Part shown: one piece after another, positions 1 to 8,393 of the stretch
Position numbering within the stretch: the first letter of the stretch is position 1
Layout of the letters: the number at the start of each line of letters is the position of its first letter
Source: Chloroflexota bacterium
Lineage (GTDB): Bacteria > Chloroflexota > Dormibacteria > Dormibacterales > Dormibacteraceae
Reading direction: 5' to 3'
Assembly: GCA_005889135.1 (NCBI GenBank)
Contig: VBEK01000124.1
Span: 15,658 to 79,657 of the forward strand
Length of the DNA stretch: 64,000 bases
Translations under genes and position numbers: made by a program
Notes under the pieces: model-generated
Seen by the model: only the letters and a program-made list of their open reading frames with translations
Databases searched by the model: none
What the model was told of the DNA's origin: nothing

Positions 1-541
1 GGCATTGACACATCTCGACACCTTGTACAGGGGCGCGCTCCGGCTCACCCACGACCCCGACCAGGCCCAGGACCTGGTCCAGGAGGCATATCTCCGCGCG
101 TTGCGCTACCAGCACAGCTACCAGCAGGGCACGAACATGAAGGCCTGGCTGTTCGCCATCATGCGCAACCTCTTCTGGGACCGCTTCAAGGGCTCGCGCA
201 AGGAGGACGTCAGCCTCGACGACGTCGGCGACTTCGTCCTCTACGACAAGCTCCGCGACGAGGGCGCCAAGCCCGAGGCGGACGTGCTCGACAAGATCGC
301 CGCCTCCGAGGTCGTGGCCGCGGTCGACAAGCTTCCGCCGCTCCACCGCGAGGTGGTCCTCCTGGTCGACGTCGAAGGCTTCTCCTACAAGGACGCCGCC
401 CAGACCCTGGGCGTGCCCATCGGCACGGTCATGTCGCGCCTCCACCGGGCCCGCCAGCAGCTTCAAAAATCCCTCTATGACTACGCGGTCGAATCGGGTA
501 TCGTGCGGCCCAGCGGCCAACAAGATCAGGTGCAGCCATGA
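1..541 (+). CDS. ECF (sigma-70 family, SigR/SigH-like) sigma factor, probably 5'-truncated by window edge
   Basis: Frame open to position 1. Region 2 'DLVQEAYLRALRY...WLFAIMRNLFWD' and region 4 HTH 'FSYKDAAQTLGVPIGTVMSRLHRARQQL'. Stop overlaps the next start (ATGA 538-541). Confidence 0.85.
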   Translation, partial: ALTHLDTLYRGALRLTHDPDQAQDLVQEAYLRALRYQHSYQQGTNMKAWLFAIMRNLFWDRFKGSRKEDVSLDDVGDFVLYDKLRDEGAKPEADVLDKIAASEVVAAVDKLPPLHREVVLLVDVEGFSYKDAAQTLGVPIGTVMSRLHRARQQLQKSLYDYAVESGIVRPSGQQDQVQP

Positions 542-756
542 GATGCGAAGAATGTGGTGACAAGCTCGATCGCTTCGTCGATCGAGAGCTGACGAACACC
601 GAGGCTCTGGAGATCCAGCTCCACCTCGAGGGATGCCCGGACTGCATGGAGCACTACGAGTTCCAGGAGCACCTGAAGCGCCTGGTCAAGCACTCGTGTG
701 ACTGCGACGTCGCGCCCCAGGCGTTCCGGGACAAGCTGCGCCAGATCCTCAGTTAG
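538..756 (+). CDS. rsrA: Zinc-binding (ZAS) anti-sigma factor, RsrA family
   Basis: 72 aa. HxxxCxxC motif 'HLEGCPDC', N-terminal Cys pair 'CEEC' and C-terminal 'CDCD'. Overall pattern ('LKRLVKHSC..DVAPQAFRDKLRQIL') resembles Streptomyces RsrA. Translationally coupled to the sigma gene. Confidence 0.85.
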   Translation: MRCEECGDKLDRFVDRELTNTEALEIQLHLEGCPDCMEHYEFQEHLKRLVKHSCDCDVAPQAFRDKLRQILS

Positions 757-765
757 CAGAAGGAG

Positions 766-808
766 CCCTCTCCCCTTCAGGGGATAGGGATGAAGGGTGA
801 CGGGCGGG
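766..808. repeat. REP-like G/C-rich palindromic intergenic element, copy 1
   Basis: 'ccctctccccttcaggggatagggatgaagggtgacgggcggg'. Same hairpin-plus-tail layout as 3863-3905. Confidence 0.6.
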
Positions 809-1417
809 CGTCGAAGCGACCAGCTCGAGGCCGCCCGCCTCTACGTCATCACGCCGGACGCCGAGCCGTCGCGCGTCCTCGAGCTGGCTTCGGCCGCCCT
901 CCGCGGCGGCGCGGACGTCATCCAGCTCCGGCACAAGTCGCTCCCCCGAGGAGAGCTCCTCACGCTGGGGCGCGAGCTCAGGTCGGTGGTCAGGGACGCG
1001 CTTTTCATCGTCAATGACCATGTCGACATCGCGCTGTTGAGCGGGGCCGACGGCGTGCACCTCGGGCCGGACGACCTCACTCCGGCCTCCGCGCGCAAGG
1101 TCGCCGGCGGCCGCCTGCTGATCGGGGTCTCGGCCTCGACGCTCGATGCAGTGCCGCCAGAGGCCGACTACGTCGGGTGCGGGCCGGCGTTCTCCACCCC
1201 GGTCAAGCCCGAGAAGAAGGTCATCGGCCCCGAGGGAGTAGCTGCTCTGGCCAGGGCGGTGAAGGTCCCGGTCTTCGCCATCGGCGGCGTCGACGAGTCC
1301 AACCTCGGGCAGCTCATCGCCGCGGGCGTCCGCCGCGCCTGCGTCATCCGCGCGGTCAGCGAGGCGCCCGACCCGGAGCAGGCCGCCCGCCGCCTGCGTG
1401 CGATGCTGACCGCATGA
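797..1417 (+). CDS. thiE: Thiamine-phosphate synthase
   Basis: 'LYVITPD', 'GADVIQLRHK', 'VNDHVDIAL..GADGVHLG', 'VFAIGGV'. GTG start. Stop overlaps thiL start (ATGA 1414-1417). Confidence 0.9.
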   Translation: MTGGRRSDQLEAARLYVITPDAEPSRVLELASAALRGGADVIQLRHKSLPRGELLTLGRELRSVVRDALFIVNDHVDIALLSGADGVHLGPDDLTPASARKVAGGRLLIGVSASTLDAVPPEADYVGCGPAFSTPVKPEKKVIGPEGVAALARAVKVPVFAIGGVDESNLGQLIAAGVRRACVIRAVSEAPDPEQAARRLRAMLTA

Positions 1418-2265
1418 GCCTGCGCGGTCTCGGCGAGCTCGGCCTCCTCGAGCGCATCCGGCCATACCTCGGGCCCGGCGCGGGGGGTGACGACGCCGCC
1501 GTCATCCACGACGGCCACCGGTTCCTGGTCGCCAGCGTGGACATGTTCGTCGAGGGCGTGCATTTCGACTTCGCCTGGGAGTCACCGGCGGACGTGGGCT
1601 GGCGCGCGCTCGCCCTGGCCCTGGGCGACCTGGCGGCCAAGGGCGCCCGTCCAGAGTGGGCCCTCGTCTCTGTGGCGATGCCGCACGGATGGGAGGTCGA
1701 CCGCCTGACCGGCGTCTACGAGGGCATGCACTGGCTCGCGGCGCATTTTGGGATGACCATCGCCGGCGGCGACATGAGCTCCACGGCGGGCCCGGCCGTG
1801 CTGTCGCTCACCGTCGCGGGCCACGTCGACCACAGACCGCTCGCTCGGGCCGACATCAAGCCAGGCTGGACCGTGGGAGTGACCGGGCCCCTCGGCGCGG
1901 CCGCGGTGGCGCTCCGGGAGCGGAAGGCGTGGCGCCTCTTGCCCCTCATCGAGGAGGGTGTGCGGCTCAACCGGCTCGGCCTCGCCTGTGGCGACATCTC
2001 CGACGGGTTGGTTCGCGAGATGGAGAAGTTCTCGGCCATGTCCGAGGTCGGGTGCATCCTCGAGGCCGCGTCCGTCCCACGAGCACAAGGAGCTGAGCTC
2101 GAGGAGGCATTGACCAGCGGCGAGGAGGCGGAGCTCGTCTGCATCGGCCCCGACGAAGCCATTCGCGAGGCGGGTCTGGAGGTGGTGGGCCGGACCACAG
2201 AAGAGGCAGAGGTCATCGTGGTCGGGTCCGAGCTCGAAACCACCGGCTACGACCACTTTGCTTGA
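1414..2265 (+). CDS. thiL: Thiamine-monophosphate kinase
   Basis: 'GDDAAVI..LVASVDMFVEGVHFD', 'ALALGDLAAKGA' (AIR-synthase-like fold). Internal ATG chosen because the upstream part of ORF 1177..2265 overlaps thiE and is Arg/Pro-rich. Confidence 0.85.
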   Translation: MSLRGLGELGLLERIRPYLGPGAGGDDAAVIHDGHRFLVASVDMFVEGVHFDFAWESPADVGWRALALALGDLAAKGARPEWALVSVAMPHGWEVDRLTGVYEGMHWLAAHFGMTIAGGDMSSTAGPAVLSLTVAGHVDHRPLARADIKPGWTVGVTGPLGAAAVALRERKAWRLLPLIEEGVRLNRLGLACGDISDGLVREMEKFSAMSEVGCILEAASVPRAQGAELEEALTSGEEAELVCIGPDEAIREAGLEVVGRTTEEAEVIVVGSELETTGYDHFA

Positions 2266-2701
2266 CCCTGGGCGCGCGCAGGGCGCACCTCCAGACCAGC
2301 TCACGAGCTCGCCGGCCGAGACTGAGCGCCTGGGGATGCTGCTGGGTGAGCGGCTACGGCCCGGCGACGTGGTTCTTCTCAAGGGCGAGCTGGGCGCGGG
2401 CAAGACGACGTTCGTGCGCGGGGTCGCCCAGGGAACCGGCTCAAGGGTGGAGGTCGCCAGCCCGACCTTCCAGCTCGTACGCGTATATCCCGGCCGGGTT
2501 CAGCTTGCCCACGTCGACCTGTACCGCGTCGAGACCGGCGCCGAGCTTCGCGACCTCGGCCTGGAGGAGCTCGCCGACCAGGGCGCGGTCGTCGTCGAGT
2601 GGGGCGACCGGCTCCAGGTCGAGGGGGCGGCGGAGATCGAGATCGAGCACCGCGGCGGTGACCGCCGCCTGATCAGGACCTCGCATGATCTTGGTCATTG
2701 A
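2258..2701 (+). CDS. tsaE: tRNA t6A37 biosynthesis ATPase TsaE
   Basis: P-loop 'GELGAGKTTFVRG', 'SPTFQLV', 'HVDLYR', 'VVVEW'. Confidence 0.9.
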   Translation: MLDPGRAQGAPPDQLTSSPAETERLGMLLGERLRPGDVVLLKGELGAGKTTFVRGVAQGTGSRVEVASPTFQLVRVYPGRVQLAHVDLYRVETGAELRDLGLEELADQGAVVVEWGDRLQVEGAAEIEIEHRGGDRRLIRTSHDLGH

Positions 2702-3245
2702 CACCTCCGCGCCGAGAGCCTCGTTCGTGGCGACGATCGACGGTGGACAGAGAGAGGAGCACCAGGCTCCGCGCCTCGACCTCGAGGCGCTGCGCAAGCT
2801 GGCGCGCGAGAGGCCGCCGACGAAGGTGGCTGTCGCCACCGGCCCCGGCTCGTTCACCGGGCTTCGTGTCGGGGTGTCGTTCGGCCTGGGCCTGGCGATG
2901 GGGCTGCGGATCCCGATCCTCGCCCTGCCGACCCTCGAGCTGCAGGCGGCGCGCACCGACGAGCCGGCGACGGCCGTCGTCGACGCCGGCCGCGGCCGCT
3001 ACTACTACAAGCTCCCCGGCCAGCCGCCCGGGCTCGGTGAGCCGGCGGCCATACCGCCGAGCCATCCGCTCGTCGGCAACGTCGCCGACCGGCGGTCGTT
3101 GATCGCCGGCGGGCACCGTTTCGTGCCCGACACCGCGCTCCGGAGGTTCGTCGACGCCGCCGCCACGCTCCTCGAAACGGCGCGTGAAGTGCCGTATCGT
3201 AATCTCGAGATCGAATACATGCAGTCGTTCTCACGGAAGGATTAG
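2685..3245 (+). CDS. tsaB: tRNA t6A37 biosynthesis protein TsaB
   Basis: 'ILVIDTS', 'VAVATGPGSFTGLRVGVS'. Overlaps tsaE by 17 nt. Confidence 0.85.
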   Translation: MILVIDTSAPRASFVATIDGGQREEHQAPRLDLEALRKLARERPPTKVAVATGPGSFTGLRVGVSFGLGLAMGLRIPILALPTLELQAARTDEPATAVVDAGRGRYYYKLPGQPPGLGEPAAIPPSHPLVGNVADRRSLIAGGHRFVPDTALRRFVDAAATLLETAREVPYRNLEIEYMQSFSRKD

Positions 3246-3860
3246 ATGGTCCAGATCCGGCAGCAGCTGGCCCTGGACTTGATGCGCGAGGCGGACGTCA
3301 ACACCGTCCAGGAGATCGAGCGCGAGATCTTCGCCACGCCCTGGCCGCGCAACGCCTACTACCGCGAGCTGGCCTCGCGGGCGAGCGCACACTACGTCGT
3401 CCTGCGCCAGGAGATTCAAGGAGACGGGCCCTCCCAGCGGCCGGCCGGGTACCGGATCGCCGACTTCGACCCGACGATCATCGGCTACGGCGGCATGTGG
3501 CGGATGTACGACGAAGCCCACGTCACCACCATCGGCGTGCGCCGCGATCTGCAGCGCAGAGGCTACGGGCGGATCGTGTTCGCCGGGCTGGTCCAGGCCG
3601 CCTACGACATGGGTGCAAAGTGGATCACGCTCGAGGTCCGAACCACGAACGACAACGCGATGAAGATGTACGAGACCTTCGGCTTCAAGGTGATCGGCCG
3701 GCGGAAGGGCTACTACACCGACAACGGCGAGGACGCGATCGTCATGTGGTCGGACTCGATCCACTCGCCGCGGTTCCGCAAGGCGTACGAGGCGAACCTG
3801 GAGCGGATCGACTCGGAGGTCCGCGGCCTCCGCCGCGAGCTGCTCGCCAAGGATCAGTAG
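3246..3860 (+). CDS. rimI: Ribosomal-protein-alanine N-acetyltransferase (GNAT)
   Basis: GNAT core 'IGVRRDLQRRGYGR...LEVRTTNDNAMKMYETFGF'. Sits in the canonical position between tsaB and tsaD. Confidence 0.8.
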   Translation: MVQIRQQLALDLMREADVNTVQEIEREIFATPWPRNAYYRELASRASAHYVVLRQEIQGDGPSQRPAGYRIADFDPTIIGYGGMWRMYDEAHVTTIGVRRDLQRRGYGRIVFAGLVQAAYDMGAKWITLEVRTTNDNAMKMYETFGFKVIGRRKGYYTDNGEDAIVMWSDSIHSPRFRKAYEANLERIDSEVRGLRRELLAKDQ

Positions 3861-3862
3861 GT

Positions 3863-3905
3863 CCCCTCTCGCCTCAGGGGAGAGGGGTGAGGGGTGAGGG
3901 GCGGG
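3863..3905. repeat. REP-like G/C-rich palindromic intergenic element, copy 2
   Basis: 'cccctctcgcctcaggggagaggggtgaggggtgaggggcggg'. Stem 3863-3870/3880-3887. Confidence 0.6.
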
Positions 3906-3913
3906 AAAGAAGA

Positions 3914-4891
3914 ATGTCACTGACCCTCGGCATCGAAACCTCCTGCGACGAGACCTCGGTCGCGGTGGTCGAGGACGGCCGCAAGGTCCTCGCCAACGTC
4001 ATCCACTCCCAGGTGGACCTGCACAGGGACTTCGGCGGCGTCGTCCCCGAGCTCGCGGCCCGCGACCACCTCGAGCGGTTGCCCGGCCTCCTCGACCTCG
4101 CCCTGGAGAAGGCCTCGGTCCAGCCCCGGGACCTCGACCTCGTCGCCGTCACCCGCGGCCCCGGCCTGGTCGGCTGCCTGCTGGTCGGGGTGGGCGTGGG
4201 GGAGGGGCTGGCGGCGGCCTGGGACAAGCCCCTGACCGGCGTCAACCACCTCTGGGGCCACATCTACGCGGCCATGCTCAGCCGTCCCGACCTGGAGCCG
4301 CCTCTCCTCGGCCTGGTGGTGAGCGGCGCTCACTCGGACCTCGTGCGCATGCCCGAGCAGGGCCGCTTCGTGGTCCTCGGCCGGACGCGCGACGACGCCG
4401 CCGGGGAGGCTTTCGACAAGGCGGCGCGCATGCTCGGCCTCGGCTTCCCTGGAGGCCCGGCGCTGGATCGCCTGGCCAGGAAGGGCGACCCGGACCGCCG
4501 GCCGCTTCCGCGGCCCTCTCTCCCCGGCCTCGAGTACAGCTTCAGCGGCCTCAAGACCGCGCTCCTCTACCGGCTGCGCGACCTCGGCGACTCGGTCACT
4601 GAGCAAGACAAGGCTGACCTCGCGGCGGCCTTCGAGAGGTCGGTGGTCGAGTCCCTGCTCGAGAAGCTCGACCGCGCCCTGAACGAACAGCCCGCGACCG
4701 AGATCGTCGTGGCCGGGGGCGTGGCCGCCAACACGCTTCTCCGCAGGCGAGCGGGCGAGGTCGTGGGACATCGAGCGCGCCTGACCATGCCGCCCCTCGA
4801 GCTGTGCACCGACAACGCCGCCATGATCGCCGCCGCCGGTTACTACGGGGCCCGGCACGCGGCCAACGTCGACCCCTCCCTAAGCTGGTGA
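3914..4891 (+). CDS. tsaD: tRNA N6-adenosine threonylcarbamoyltransferase TsaD
   Basis: 'LGIETSCDETSVAVV', 'GVNHLWGHI', 'VVSGAHS', 'GEAFDKAARMLGLGFPGGP'. Internal ATG 3914 used because the upstream part of ORF 3497..4891 overlaps rimI. Confidence 0.92.
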   Translation: MSLTLGIETSCDETSVAVVEDGRKVLANVIHSQVDLHRDFGGVVPELAARDHLERLPGLLDLALEKASVQPRDLDLVAVTRGPGLVGCLLVGVGVGEGLAAAWDKPLTGVNHLWGHIYAAMLSRPDLEPPLLGLVVSGAHSDLVRMPEQGRFVVLGRTRDDAAGEAFDKAARMLGLGFPGGPALDRLARKGDPDRRPLPRPSLPGLEYSFSGLKTALLYRLRDLGDSVTEQDKADLAAAFERSVVESLLEKLDRALNEQPATEIVVAGGVAANTLLRRRAGEVVGHRARLTMPPLELCTDNAAMIAAAGYYGARHAANVDPSLSW

Positions 4892-4898
4892 CACTCAT

Positions 4899-5171
4899 AT
4901 GAGCGTCAAGGGCTGGTCGGTGGTGTTCAAAGGGGAGCGGCTGCAGGCCGATCTGATCGCCGCCATCCTCGAGGCCGACGGCATCGAGGTCGAGGTCTTC
5001 GGCGACAACGCCTACGGGGTCGGCATCGACCTGACCGAGGCCCGCCTGATGGTCCCGGACGACCAGGCCCAGGCCGCGCGGCGCGTGATCAAGCAGGCCG
5101 AGGAGCGCCCCCTCGAGGCCGACGAGGAGGACGTGGTGGAGGGCGACCAGACCCCCGATAGTCGCGACTAA
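4899..5171 (+). CDS. DUF2007-like small putative signal-transducing protein
   Basis: 90 aa. 'VFKGERLQADLIAAILEADGIEVEVFGDN...ARLMVPDDQAQAARRVI' fits the DUF2007 pattern. Acidic tail. Confidence 0.5.
   Translation: MSVKGWSVVFKGERLQADLIAAILEADGIEVEVFGDNAYGVGIDLTEARLMVPDDQAQAARRVIKQAEERPLEADEEDVVEGDQTPDSRD
5159..5170. promoter_or_regulatory. 12-bp perfect palindrome TAGTCGCGACTA (candidate operator, copy 1)
   Basis: Overlaps the stop codon of the 4899..5171 gene. The same core recurs 42 bp downstream. Confidence 0.4.
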
Positions 5172-5197
5172 CCGAACTTCTGGGCGGCCAGTTGGCT

Positions 5198-5215
5198 GGA
5201 TAGTCGCGACTATCC
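5198..5215. promoter_or_regulatory. 18-bp perfect palindrome GGATAGTCGCGACTATCC (candidate operator, copy 2)
   Basis: Self-complementary over 18 nt and contains the same 12-bp core as 5159-5170. Lies upstream of the groES promoter/CIRCE. Confidence 0.4.
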
Positions 5216-5270
5216 CGAGGGGCCGGCGCCAGGAGGACGTTTAGCGGTCCCCTCCCGGCAGGTATTACAA

Positions 5271-5297
5271 TTAGCAGTCGAACCCCCCGAGTGCTAA
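5271..5297 (+). promoter_or_regulatory. CIRCE (HrcA operator) inverted repeat
   Basis: TTAGCAGTC-N9-GAGTGCTAA against consensus TTAGCACTC-N9-GAGTGCTAA (one mismatch). 54 nt upstream of groES. A -10-like TACAAT at 5266-5271 abuts it. Confidence 0.9.
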
Positions 5298-5350
5298 GCG
5301 CTCGGGCCCGGGGAGTGCCAAATCAACTGATCAGCTGAGGAGGGCTGCAC

Positions 5351-5659
5351 ATGAACTTGAGGCCGCTGGGCGACCGCGTAGTGGTCAAGCCGGTCGAGAA
5401 AGAAGAGAAGACCAAGAGCGGGATCGTCCTTCCGGACACCGCCAAGGAGAAGCCCCAGGAGGGGATCGTCGAGGCCGTGGGGACCGGAAGGATCCTGGAC
5501 AACGGAACCAAGGTGCCGATGGAGCTCAAGGTCGGCGACAAGGTGCTCTACGCGAAGTACGCCGGCAACGAATTCAAGATCGACGAGGTCGAGTACCTGA
5601 TCGTCTCGGAGAAGGACGTGCTGGCCGTGGTTGGCACGAACGGCAAGAGCAAGAAGTAA
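5351..5659 (+). CDS. groES: Co-chaperonin GroES
   Basis: '[12 protein letters not shown]...[25 protein letters not shown]'. SD GAGGAGG upstream. Confidence 0.97.
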   Translation: MNLRPLGDRVVVKPVEKEEKTKSGIVLPDTAKEKPQEGIVEAVGTGRILDNGTKVPMELKVGDKVLYAKYAGNEFKIDEVEYLIVSEKDVLAVVGTNGKSKK

Positions 5660-5685
5660 CCAGCAGGTAGAAGAGGGGAGAGCAT

Positions 5686-7320
<1,635 letters not shown>

Positions 7321-7345
7321 AGAACTGGTTCAGATTTCGGGTTCG

Positions 7346-7380
7346 AAGGCCCCTCGTCGCGAGGGGCTTTCTCTTTTTTA
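7346..7380 (+). terminator. Intrinsic terminator of groESL
   Basis: Stem GCCCCTCG (7349-7356) / CGAGGGGC (7360-7367), 3-nt loop, followed by TTTCTCTTTTTT. Confidence 0.85.
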
Positions 7381-7550
7381 GACGTTGTCTGTAGGCCGGA
7401 TTCACTCCGGCCGTCCCCGACCTGGCGCGCAGCGCCACCCGGCGGTTCAAGTGGAAAGGGGGGCTCGCGGGGGGATCCTGATCCCCCCGCGCTCGTTTAC
7501 TGAATCCGGGATTTAGAGAACCCCCCGCTCGGGCGGGGGGTTCTTTCTTT
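7381..7550 (+). ncRNA. Candidate structured small RNA between two plus-strand intrinsic terminators
   Basis: Starts just after the groEL terminator and ends in its own terminator (GAACCCCCCGC-tcgg-GCGGGGGGTTC + TTTCTTT, 7518-7550). Internal hairpins at 7394-7412, 7423-7435 and 7467-7490. 7396-7404 is also complementary to 7501-7509. No family recognised. Confidence 0.3.
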
Positions 7551-7904
7551 CCCCGGGGGCTCCTCAACGGGGATGACGCCGCCGATCCCGGCCACGCGCC
7601 GGGCGGCAAACGAGACGCCGATGGGGAGCAGGAGCATGCCGCCCGCGACGACGACGGACAGCGCGTCCGGCAGGCGCTGCGGGTCGCGCAGGCCGACATA
7701 GGTGAGGAAGCCGCCGGCGCCCGCCGTGACGAGGACGAGGAGCGTGGAGATGGCCATCGCCCAGGTGCGGTATTCGCGGTAGAGCGGAGGAGCCTGGCTC
7801 CTGACGAGGCGCAGCAGCCACCACGCGGTCAGGCCGTTGAGGACGAGGCCGCTGATCACGGCCAGCGCGGCGATGCCGACGCGGAACGCAGCCAGGTGCA
7901 CCAT
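7497..7904 (-). CDS. Hypothetical integral membrane protein
   Basis: 135 aa with about four hydrophobic helices. The C-terminal hydrophilic tail reads through the 7518-7543 hairpin, so the true end or expression is uncertain. Confidence 0.5.
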   Translation of the reverse strand: MVHLAAFRVGIAALAVISGLVLNGLTAWWLLRLVRSQAPPLYREYRTWAMAISTLLVLVTAGAGGFLTYVGLRDPQRLPDALSVVVAGGMLLLPIGVSFAARRVAGIGGVIPVEEPPGKERTPRPSGGFSKSRIQ

Positions 7905-7989
7905 GACGAACGCGGAGGCGTTGACGGCGAGGATGCCCAGGGGCGTGATGACGCCCAGGGCCAGGAGGACTAGCTCTCTAGCTCTCCGG

Positions 7990-8370
7990 CTAGTGGCCGC
8001 AGCCGCAAGCCTGCGCGCTGCCAGCGTCGTCGCCCGTGTCGAACGAATGGCCGCAGGAGCAGGAGTGCACGGCGTTCGGGTTGTGGACCGTGAAGCCGGC
8101 GCCCATCAGGCTGTCGACGTAGTCGATCTCCGCGCCTCGGATGTAGCCGACGCTGAAGTCGTCGACCAGGATCTGGACGCCTCCGTGATCGATGATGACG
8201 TCGTCCGCCCGCCGCTGGTCGTCGAAGGCCATGCCGTACTGCATGCCCGAGCAGCCGCCGCCGCTGACGAAGATGCGGAGGGCAAGCTGCGGGTTGTCCT
8301 CTTTGGAGAGCAGGTCCCTGAGGCGGGTCGAGGCTTCTGGGGTTAGGGAGACGACAGCTTGTTCGATCAC
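7990..8370 (-). CDS. Fe-S cluster insertion/carrier protein, HesB/IscA/ErpA family
   Basis: 'LRIFVSGGGCSGMQYGMAFD', 'FTVHNPNAVHSCSCGHSF', plus an extra 16-aa tail ending 'ACGCGH'. GTG start. Confidence 0.88.
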   Translation of the reverse strand: MIEQAVVSLTPEASTRLRDLLSKEDNPQLALRIFVSGGGCSGMQYGMAFDDQRRADDVIIDHGGVQILVDDFSVGYIRGAEIDYVDSLMGAGFTVHNPNAVHSCSCGHSFDTGDDAGSAQACGCGH

Positions 8371-8393
8371 GGGATAGATCCTACCAAAGACCG

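Noticed and set aside
757-796. TPP riboswitch upstream of thiE
   Set aside because: The spacer is only about 40 nt and is occupied by the REP-like hairpin. It is too short and lacks the conserved TPP-aptamer elements (I found no CUGAGA-type motif).
5241-5262. Second CIRCE-like half-site (TTAGCGGTC...) upstream of the real CIRCE
   Set aside because: Only the left arm resembles CIRCE, and no matching right arm (GAGTGCTAA-like) occurs at the N9 spacing.
7381-7550. Assignment of the structured intergenic RNA to SRP RNA or 6S RNA
   Set aside because: I could not find the conserved SRP domain IV motif (GGAA/AGCA-type symmetric loop sequence) on either strand, nor a 6S-like long bulged hairpin. 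It is kept only as an unclassified candidate.
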